From Verrucomicrobiales bacterium (GTDB lineage Bacteria; Verrucomicrobiota; Verrucomicrobiia; Verrucomicrobiales; SLCJ01): a DNA stretch of 17,791 bases. The position numbers and the translations under genes are program-made. Of this stretch, positions 1-7,011 are shown piece by piece; within the stretch, counting starts at the first letter, position 1; the number at the start of each line of letters is the position of its first letter. The DNA lies in assembly GCA_046075565.1 (NCBI GenBank), contig JBJTQJ010000006.1, positions 1-17,791 of the forward strand, read 5' to 3'. The notes beneath the pieces were generated by a model that was given only the letters and a program-made list of their open reading frames with translations, searched no databases and was not told where the DNA came from.

Positions 1-25
1 AAATCAAGAAAGGGTATGCTCACCT

Positions 26-265
26 GTGGCCTTCCCCCAATACAGAATTCCAGTGCGCAGGCTCAAGGAAGAGTGGGCGGCGCGAATCGCGAGAAAGGTG
101 ATGCGCGCGCGCAGGCCCCAAACGCGTCCGAGCAGGATTCGCGACAACAGCGAACCTTGGATCTCCAATCCCTCATCGGTCGCGGAATTCCTGGAGGTCG
201 CACGTAAAGTCAACGAAACCGTGAACCAATGGTCGCCACAGCACAGGAATTCATCCAAAAGCTGA
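26..265 (+). CDS. Small hypothetical protein (79 aa), possible antitoxin or partner of the downstream nucleotidyltransferase
   Basis: GTG start at 26. Basic N-terminal half and an amphipathic-looking C-terminal helix (SSVAEFLEVARKVNETVNQW). Overlaps the start of the nucleotidyltransferase by 37 nt. No family recognised, so coding status is uncertain. Confidence 0.45.
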   Translation: MAFPQYRIPVRRLKEEWAARIARKVMRARRPQTRPSRIRDNSEPWISNPSSVAEFLEVARKVNETVNQWSPQHRNSSKS

Positions 266-921
266 GTGAACGGCACGGAGTGATCGTCATCGGTGGGCTC
301 GCCGTGATCGCACACGGGTTCAACCGGCCCACCAAGGATGCGGACATCTGGTTAGAGCCCATGGATTCGCCATCGGAGTGGGCCGCGACCATTCAGGAAA
401 CCTGCCGGTGTTTTTCCGGCCTGACCATCCACACGCTCCCCGAATGGCGCATGGTTTCCGGACCTGCCGTCGCTGAGGCGGCGGCAGAAATTGGCATGGT
501 CCGCATCATGGGATTGGATTGTCCGGTGGATGTCTTCCGCGAACCGAATGAATTCGCCGCGTCTTCCTTCGCGGATGTTCTTTCCAGATGCACCCGGAAC
601 TCCGACTCGACCTGGTTGCCAGACCCGATTGATCTTGCCATCAGCAAAGATTTGACCAATCGAGACAAAGATGCGCATGACATCCTTTTTTTGGAGTCAA
701 TCGCACGAAATCGATGGATCGAAATCTTGCCCTCCGCGACGAGGGAGCAAGCCGAATCGCTGTTCGCGCGCTTCGTGGATTGGCAAACCTGCCAGGCCGC
801 GATGAGCAACCCCGACCAGACCGTCCGTGAGATGGCCATTGCCTACCTCCGCGAGTTTGCCAGGGAAGGCGACCCATTTTCCCAAGCGATTCTTGATGGC
901 AGGGAAATCCCTCCACCGTGA
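229..921 (+). CDS. Nucleotidyltransferase, DNA pol-beta superfamily (DUF6036/AbiEii-like), with C-terminal helical extension
   Basis: N-terminal VIGGLAVIAHGFNRPTKDADIW fits the GG-x-A-x3-HG-x2-R-x-T-x-D-x-D motif. Later motifs are VDVF and SKDLTNRDKDAHDI (K...R-x-K-D-x2-D), typical of this group. Confidence 0.8.
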   Translation: MVATAQEFIQKLSERHGVIVIGGLAVIAHGFNRPTKDADIWLEPMDSPSEWAATIQETCRCFSGLTIHTLPEWRMVSGPAVAEAAAEIGMVRIMGLDCPVDVFREPNEFAASSFADVLSRCTRNSDSTWLPDPIDLAISKDLTNRDKDAHDILFLESIARNRWIEILPSATREQAESLFARFVDWQTCQAAMSNPDQTVREMAIAYLREFAREGDPFSQAILDGREIPPP

Positions 922-926
922 GTTTC

Positions 927-954
927 GGGGCAGTCAAAGCCCCCCATTCTTCTT
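927..954. terminator. Weak hairpin between convergent genes, possible intrinsic terminator
   Basis: GGGGC(927-931)-AGTCAAA-GCCCC(939-943) followed by CCATTCTTCTT, in the 33-nt gap between the convergent NTase and aguA stops. Confidence 0.3.
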
Positions 955-1983
955 TCACTCCGGCTCCTGCTGGGTCAGGCAATGGATGGCTCCGCCTTCG
1001 AGGAGGATTTCCAGGCTATCGAAGCCGATGGCGCGGCGGCCTGGGAAGGCATCGGCGATGATGCCGAGGGCGCGGGCGTCGGGTCCGGGCTGTTGGTAGG
1101 TGGGCACAAGCACGGCGTCATTGACGACGAGGAAATTGGCATAGGTGCCCGGCAAACGGGGCACCCGCCATCCATCGGGAGCGGCAATGGGATCCGGTTG
1201 GGGCAGGTTGATCACGTTCAAGCCCATTTCCAGTAAAAAGCGCCGGTTGCGATCGAGCACGGGGAAATTCACATCCGATGGGTCGGTTTCGACAGCGGTG
1301 AGCACGGTGTTCGGCGCGGTGAAGCGCGTGAGCGTGTCGATGTGGCCATCGGTGTCGTCGCCTTCGAGGCCGGAGGGCAACCAGAGCACATCATCAATAC
1401 CGAGAAACCCCCGCAGTTCCTTTTCGACCTGCGCCCGTGTCCATTCGGGATTGCGGTTGGCATTCAGTGCGACCGATTCGGTGGTGAGCACGCGGCCGGC
1501 TCCATCGACTTCGAGTCCGCCGCCTTCGAAATAGAGTGCGCTCTGGAAGCGCCTCATGCCAAGGGCGGCGGCGATGCGGGCGGGCACGGCGTCGTCGGAA
1601 TCATGCGGTTCGTATTTCCCGCCCCAGGCATTGAACTTCCAATCGGTGATGGCGACCTCGCCGGTGACGCGGTGTTTGACGAAGGTCGGGCCATGGTCGC
1701 GGCACCAGACGTCGTCGGTGAAATGAGGGAACAGCTCAAGTGAGATTGGATCCGCTCCGGCGGCGAGCACGGCCTTGCGGATCATGTCGTGATGTTCCGG
1801 GGCGGAATTCACGCGCGCGATGGCGTGTCGGGAAATCGCTGCAGCGAGGCGGGCGATAACACCTTGGATGATCGGCAAACGATCCGGCCAGTGGTAGTCA
1901 TGAACTGGCCAGCTCAACCAGACCGCCTTTTGCGCGGCCCATTCCGGGGGCATGGTGAATCCTTCAAGGGCGGGAGTGGACAT
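955..1983 (-). CDS. aguA: Agmatine deiminase (Porphyromonas-type peptidylarginine deiminase family), 342 aa
   Basis: Motifs MPPEW, DVWCRDHGP, WKFNAWGGKY, EGGGLEVDG, DDTDGHID, TYANF and C-terminal GGAIHCLTQQEP with the catalytic Cys. Start placed at ATG 1983 (MSTPALEGFTMPPEW) because the longer ORF reads through the intergenic repeat. Confidence 0.93.
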   Translation of the reverse strand: MSTPALEGFTMPPEWAAQKAVWLSWPVHDYHWPDRLPIIQGVIARLAAAISRHAIARVNSAPEHHDMIRKAVLAAGADPISLELFPHFTDDVWCRDHGPTFVKHRVTGEVAITDWKFNAWGGKYEPHDSDDAVPARIAAALGMRRFQSALYFEGGGLEVDGAGRVLTTESVALNANRNPEWTRAQVEKELRGFLGIDDVLWLPSGLEGDDTDGHIDTLTRFTAPNTVLTAVETDPSDVNFPVLDRNRRFLLEMGLNVINLPQPDPIAAPDGWRVPRLPGTYANFLVVNDAVLVPTYQQPGPDARALGIIADAFPGRRAIGFDSLEILLEGGAIHCLTQQEPE

Positions 1984-2021
1984 GAGAGGGTGAAAGATTT
2001 GGAAGCGTGAACCTGGAATTG

Positions 2022-2165
2022 AAACCACGAATGGACACGAATTAACACGAATATGAACCTGAAAAATCAACGGTCTGCGGACAGGCCTCACTCACCGACT
2101 GGATGAGATGGAATTTATTCATAACCCTCTGAACATTCGTGCACATTCGTGTCCATTCGTGGTTT
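2022..2165. repeat. Palindromic REP/MITE-like element: 31-bp inverted arms made of 10-nt tandem units, 82-nt spacer
   Basis: Left arm 2022-2052 is AAACCACGAATGGACACGAATTAACACGAAT. The reverse complement of the right arm (2135-2165) is AAACCACGAATGGACACGAATGTGCACGAAT, 28/31 identical. Core CACGAAT recurs every 10 nt. Confidence 0.9.
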
Positions 2166-2222
2166 GTCATGTTTTTCCGTGGTTTTCCGATTTGTGGACG
2201 GATGGCGTGCGTGGCAGGAACC

Positions 2223-3083
2223 TCAAACATCGTCCCAGCGTTTGAGGATGCCGTCGTAGGCGTCGATGCGGCGGTCGCGGAAGAACGGCCAGATGCGCCG
2301 GTGTTCTTCCATGGCCTTGAAGTCGCAATCCGCATAGACGATTTCCTCGCGATCGGATGAGGCTTTGGCGGTGACTTGGCCGCAGTAATCGGAGACGAAC
2401 GATTGCCCCCAGAATTCGGTTTCGCCTTCGCAACCGATGCGGTTGACGGCAGCGACATAACAACCGTTCGCCACCGCGTGGCCGCGTTGCACGGTTTCCC
2501 AGGCGGTGTGCTGGGCCGTGCCGAGCGTATCCTTTTCCGAAGCGAGCCACCCGATGGCCGTGGGATAAAAGAGGATCTCCGCGCCTTGCAAGGCAGTGAG
2601 GCGGGCGGCTTCCGGATACCATTGGTCCCAGCAGATGAGCACACCGATGGTGCCGAAGCGCGTTTTCCAAGCACGGAAGCCGAGGTCGCCGGGGGTGAAA
2701 TAGAATTTCTCCTCGAAGCCGGGGTCCTGCGGGATGTGCATTTTCCGGTAGAGCCCGAGAAGGCTGCCATCGGCATCAATGATGGCGGCAGTATTGTGGT
2801 GCAAACCGGGTGCGCGTTTTTCAAAAGCGGCGGCGACAATGACCACTCCCAGTTCGGCGGCGAGGGCGCGGAGCATGTCGGTGGTCGGACCGGGCATCGG
2901 TTCGGCGAGGTCAAAGTGGGCGGTGTCCTGGCTGCGGCAGAAATACAGGGTGGTGAACATCTCCTGGGTGCAGATCACCTGGGCACCGCCGGCGGCGGCC
3001 TGGCGGATGAGATCGAGGGTGCGCGCGACATTGTCGGCGGGATCGGCACTGGCACGGGTCTGGATAAGGGCAATCCGGGGCAT
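2223..3083 (-). CDS. aguB: N-carbamoylputrescine amidohydrolase (nitrilase/carbon-nitrogen hydrolase family), 286 aa
   Basis: Catalytic triad Glu-Lys-Cys in CTQEMF, YRKMHIP and ICWDQWYPEAAR. Also EEKFYFTPGD, YPTAIGW and WPFFRDRR. Directly upstream of aguA. Start at ATG 3083 (MPRIALIQ). Confidence 0.9.
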   Translation of the reverse strand: MPRIALIQTRASADPADNVARTLDLIRQAAAGGAQVICTQEMFTTLYFCRSQDTAHFDLAEPMPGPTTDMLRALAAELGVVIVAAAFEKRAPGLHHNTAAIIDADGSLLGLYRKMHIPQDPGFEEKFYFTPGDLGFRAWKTRFGTIGVLICWDQWYPEAARLTALQGAEILFYPTAIGWLASEKDTLGTAQHTAWETVQRGHAVANGCYVAAVNRIGCEGETEFWGQSFVSDYCGQVTAKASSDREEIVYADCDFKAMEEHRRIWPFFRDRRIDAYDGILKRWDDV

Positions 3084-3253
3084 GGCCGGGAAATGTAAAG
3101 CGTTCCCCCCGTGATCCAATGGAGAAGTTGGAAATTTGTTGTTTCTTGGTTGGGGCGATAGAAAACGGATTGCTTTCGCTGCCCCGATTGCGAAATTCAC
3201 GCGGCTGGCTTGAACCCGGGTTGACCGGGCGCTGCCAAGGGTTGGTTTCACGC

Positions 3254-5095
3254 ATGGCCCACGATATCCAGTCGAAACAAATTCTCCCCCGCGCCGTGCT
3301 CGCAGGCGTGGCTGTTGCGATGGCGTGTCTGGGGCTGGCTCTTGCAGATGTGGACATGCAGCGGGGTTGGACCGCATCGGTGGAAAAGTGGACTCCCGTG
3401 GGAGCCGGAGCAGCCGCATTTATCTTCGTTTGCCTCGCCTTGTTCTGGCCATGGTTGGCCCGCCAACCGGACGAAGAACCACGGAGCACCGAGAAGAAGG
3501 CTAGCTGGAGAGATGTGGCCGGAGTGGAATGGCTGGTTTTGGGTCTGATTGTGATGTTTGCCCTCATTCTTAATCTCCCGCGCATGAAGCACCCGCTCTG
3601 GGGAGATGAGGAGCGCACGGCGCGCAATTATGTGGTCGGCCAATACAAGCCGGCGGACGGCAACAAAGTCAAATGGCGTGCCTGCACTTGGGGCGATACG
3701 TTTTTCGACTACCAGAGTCCTAACAACCATGGCTTCTATTCATTTCTGGCCCGATTGGCCCAACATGACAGGGAAGAAGGCATCGGACCAACGGATCTCC
3801 CGTTCAAGGAGTGGAAACTGCGGCTTCCGGCATTGGCCGGCTCCGTGCTTGCGATACTGGTAGTCTGGTGGCTCGCACGGTCGCAGGGTTGGAAAATCGG
3901 CGCCCCGGCAGCCGCCTTGATCATGGCGGCCCATCCTTGGTTCGTTCGCTATTCCACCGAAGCGCGCGGCTACGGCATCCTTTTCTTCCTCATTCCATTG
4001 GCGGTCTTGCTGGCCACGCGCGCACTCACGAGCCGTGGTTGGGGATGGTGGTTCGGACTTGCCGTCACGCAGGCACTGCTTTTCTCAACATGGATGATGC
4101 AACTGCACTGGCTGATTGCCTTGAACCTCGGGATCATCATCTCCATCGCAACCTGGCCAGAGCGCGAGTGGAGACCCGCGCTTTTCCGGCGATGGCTCGT
4201 CGCCGGAAGCTGCGCGGCGGCGTTAGTATTGCCCATCCAGCTTCCGGCGGCCATGCAATTGGCAGCCTGGATGGAAGATGGTAAAGCGGTGTTGCCGAGC
4301 GGATTTCTCGGACGATGGGTGGCGGATGTTGCCAGCACGCTTTTTACCGGGGAAACGTGGTATTCGCCGGACCCTGCGAATTATCTTTGCCCCTGGCGCT
4401 CGGCGGCCATCGGGCGGTCACTGCTTTATGCGCTGCTGCCTGCCATACTTCTCATGGCCGGTGTCGCAGCATGGCGGGGGCAGCGAGAGCGGGCCGTCGT
4501 TCTGGCGACAGCCCTCCTGCCTCTGGTTTTGGTCTTCACGCAGTCGGCCGTGAAAGACTCGGTGGTCATCCACTGGTATGCCTCCCCGGTGTGGCCGCTC
4601 GCGGCCCTGCTTATGGGATCCGGTCTGCAAAGCCTCGTTTCCGGGCGCGGCAAGGCCGCCATTCCACTGGCCATCATTATCGGCATGCTCGCCATCGCGC
4701 CTTGGCAAAATTACGCTCATTTGTTGCGCAGCCATCCCATCGAAAATACCCTGGAAGCCGCCTTACTCACGCGACGGGTTCTAAACCCGAATGCGCAGGG
4801 TTTTGGCAAGGATTCGATCACGGCGGCACCGCAACTCGGGCGCCCGGCCTATGACCCTCTGGCACGCAAGGCGGATACGGTTGGGGAACTGAAGGAGTTG
4901 ATGGAAGATGCCGCGACTGCCGGACTGCCCTTGTTCGTGAACGCTGGAGATCCCAAGCTGCTTCAAGGCAGGAACCCGGAGATGTGGGCGATGCTCGCGG
5001 ATCCGATGATCTTCGAAAAACCAACCGAATTTCCGGGCATGGACGGGCCACAACGGCGCGTCATTTGGAAATGGACAGGTCGGATGCCGCCGTGA
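3254..5095 (+). CDS. GT-C fold integral membrane glycosyltransferase (GT39/GT83, PMT/ArnT-like), about 613 aa
   Basis: Many hydrophobic segments. Acidic loop motif LWGDE after a TM helix, then NNHGFYSFLA, LRLPAL and HPWFVRYSTEARGYG, all typical of GT-C enzymes. Start uncertain (ATG 3254 preferred; the ORF is open from 3119). Confidence 0.8.
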   Translation: MAHDIQSKQILPRAVLAGVAVAMACLGLALADVDMQRGWTASVEKWTPVGAGAAAFIFVCLALFWPWLARQPDEEPRSTEKKASWRDVAGVEWLVLGLIVMFALILNLPRMKHPLWGDEERTARNYVVGQYKPADGNKVKWRACTWGDTFFDYQSPNNHGFYSFLARLAQHDREEGIGPTDLPFKEWKLRLPALAGSVLAILVVWWLARSQGWKIGAPAAALIMAAHPWFVRYSTEARGYGILFFLIPLAVLLATRALTSRGWGWWFGLAVTQALLFSTWMMQLHWLIALNLGIIISIATWPEREWRPALFRRWLVAGSCAAALVLPIQLPAAMQLAAWMEDGKAVLPSGFLGRWVADVASTLFTGETWYSPDPANYLCPWRSAAIGRSLLYALLPAILLMAGVAAWRGQRERAVVLATALLPLVLVFTQSAVKDSVVIHWYASPVWPLAALLMGSGLQSLVSGRGKAAIPLAIIIGMLAIAPWQNYAHLLRSHPIENTLEAALLTRRVLNPNAQGFGKDSITAAPQLGRPAYDPLARKADTVGELKELMEDAATAGLPLFVNAGDPKLLQGRNPEMWAMLADPMIFEKPTEFPGMDGPQRRVIWKWTGRMPP

Positions 5096-5119
5096 CGGGC
5101 TCGCAAAGCAAGACGTGGC

Positions 5120-5554
5120 TCATAGTCCAATCTCGAGAAAGCCGCGGCGTGCCATGGCTTCGCGCAACTCGTTTCCTTTGGCATCGGTTTTGACGGCAAG
5201 GGCGGCACATTGCTCGTCTCCGGCCCCGGTCCGGATGGCACCCGCGAGTTCCTGCCAGCTCGCTTTGTAGGCACGGAAGACGGTTGCGACATCTTCGGGA
5301 AGTCCTGAATCCTCGATCGCGGCCACGCGAACGGATTCTGCGATCAGACTTTCCCTGGGCGATCGCTCCGGAGAGGTTTCCCGAAGAGCGCGCAGGGCGT
5401 TCGCAAACCCGATCAACGTCTTGCGTTCTTCGAAGGCAGCGGCTTTCGCCTCCTCCTTCGAAAGCTTCTTTTCCTCCTGCTTTTCCCGGCAGGAGAATGA
5501 AAGAGAAGTGATTCCAATGCAAAGGAACCAGAGAATCAGTTTGCCCGGCCGCAT
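5120..5554 (-). CDS. Hypothetical lipoprotein, about 144 aa
   Basis: MRPGK, hydrophobic stretch, then LSFS-C (lipobox-like), followed by a charged helical body. The ATG lies 2 nt after the DUF1501 stop. Confidence 0.65.
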   Translation of the reverse strand: MRPGKLILWFLCIGITSLSFSCREKQEEKKLSKEEAKAAAFEERKTLIGFANALRALRETSPERSPRESLIAESVRVAAIEDSGLPEDVATVFRAYKASWQELAGAIRTGAGDEQCAALAVKTDAKGNELREAMARRGFLEIGL

Positions 5555-5556
5555 GA

Positions 5557-7011
5557 TCAAGAGAGCACGGGTTTGACAATTTCACCCGCTACATCGGTGA
5601 GACGATAATCACGACCTTGAAAACGGAAGGTGAACCGCTCGTGGTTGATGCCGAGCAGGTGCAGCATGGTGGCGTGCAAGTCATTGACAGTGACCCGGCC
5701 GTCCACGACATGGAAACCGAATTCGTCGGTGGCGCCATAGGTCATGCCGGGTTTCACGCCGGCTCCCGCCATCCAGAAGGTGAAGGCGTCACGATGATGT
5801 TCTCGACCATAGGCCTCGGGAGAGATCGCTCCCTGCGAATAGCTGGTGCGTCCGAACTCGGACCCAAAAACCACGAGGGTGTCGTCGAGCAAGCCCCGCT
5901 TGTCCATATCCTCGAGCAAGCCGGCGACCGGTTGATCGATTTCTTTGGAACATTCGTCGAAATAGGTCGGCAAGCCGCTATGGTGGTCCCAGCCCGGATG
6001 ATAAAGTTGCACGAAGCGGGTACCCCGCTCGCAGAGACGGCGGGCGAGCAGGCAATGTCGGGCGAAAGTGCCGGGTTTTTCCACATCAGGACCGTAGAGT
6101 TCGAGTGTCGCTTTGGATTCGCCGTCAATCGAGGTCACTTCAGGAACGGAGGTCTGCATGCGGAAAGCCATCTCATGTTGGGCGATAAGCGCGGAGATCT
6201 CCGCCTCGCCGGTGCGTGACAATTCGTCTTCCTCGACTTCGCGCAACCGGTCGAGCGATTTGCGGTGCAGTGCGGCGGGCAAGCCTTCGGGATTGCCGAG
6301 GAACAAGACGGGATCCTTGGCCGGGCGGAAGGCGACGCCCTGATGTTGGGAAGGGAGAAACGCGCTGTCCCAAAGCCGCGTGGAGAGCGGTTGATCGACG
6401 AACTTGCGGGTGACGAGCACGATGAAAGCCGGGAGGTCGCTGTTTTCGGATCCGAGCCCGTAGCTGAGCCATGCCCCCATGCTCGGACGCCCCGGCAATT
6501 GGCTGCCACTGTTCATGAACATGATGGCCGGATCATGGTTCACGGCCTCCGAGACCATACCCTTGAGGAAGCAGAGCCGGTCGGCGTGGCGTGCCAGGTG
6601 CGGGAAGGCGCTGCTGATCCAGGCCCCGCTTTGCCCGTGCTGTTTGAAATCATAACAAGAGCCCACGGAAAGAAAGTTTGCCTGAAACCTCGACATGCCC
6701 ACCGGCTTGTTTTCACCAAAAATCGCATCAGGCATGGGCTGGCGGACCCGCTCCGTGAGAACAGGCTTGTGGTCGAAGGCCTCGAGCTGCGAGAAGCCGC
6801 CGCTCATGAAGAAATAAATGATCCTTTTGACTTTCGGGGAAAAATGCGGCAGCCCGGGAAGGCCGGGCATGGCACCGGCGGCTTGACCCGGAGTCGCCCC
6901 GAAGAAGTTTGCAAGGGCGACGGAACCCATGCCCAGAGCGGCGCGGGAAAGGAACTGACGCCGGGATTGTGTGCCCGGTGTCTCAAATCGACGGCAGTGG
7001 CTGGAATTCAT
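5557..7011 (-). CDS. DUF1501 family protein (alkaline phosphatase/sulfatase-like fold) with Tat signal, 484 aa
   Basis: SRRQFL twin-arginine motif. Family motifs FMSGGFSQLEAFDHKP, GRPSMGAWLSYGLGSEN, CLLARRLCERGTRFVQL, GWDHH, SEFGRT, GREHH and GRDYRLTDVAG. Confidence 0.92.
   Translation of the reverse strand: MNSSHCRRFETPGTQSRRQFLSRAALGMGSVALANFFGATPGQAAGAMPGLPGLPHFSPKVKRIIYFFMSGGFSQLEAFDHKPVLTERVRQPMPDAIFGENKPVGMSRFQANFLSVGSCYDFKQHGQSGAWISSAFPHLARHADRLCFLKGMVSEAVNHDPAIMFMNSGSQLPGRPSMGAWLSYGLGSENSDLPAFIVLVTRKFVDQPLSTRLWDSAFLPSQHQGVAFRPAKDPVLFLGNPEGLPAALHRKSLDRLREVEEDELSRTGEAEISALIAQHEMAFRMQTSVPEVTSIDGESKATLELYGPDVEKPGTFARHCLLARRLCERGTRFVQLYHPGWDHHSGLPTYFDECSKEIDQPVAGLLEDMDKRGLLDDTLVVFGSEFGRTSYSQGAISPEAYGREHHRDAFTFWMAGAGVKPGMTYGATDEFGFHVVDGRVTVNDLHATMLHLLGINHERFTFRFQGRDYRLTDVAGEIVKPVLS

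Noticed and set aside
1984-2091. N-terminal extension of the aguA ORF (start 2091)
   Set aside because: It is a translation of the repeat arm (HIRVNSCPFVV). Family similarity begins at MSTPALEGFTMPPEW.
2022-2165. Possible CRISPR array
   Set aside because: Units are 10 nt, contiguous and inverted between the arms. There are no 30-40 nt unique spacers and no cas genes.
2042-3098. Alternative-frame and antisense ORFs 2042-2914 (-) and 2376-3098 (+)
   Set aside because: Shadow ORFs of aguB in GC-rich DNA, with no recognisable motifs.
3084-3419. 112-aa N-terminal extension of aguB
   Set aside because: It overlaps the divergent GT-C gene, and the nitrilase fold starts at MPRIALIQ.
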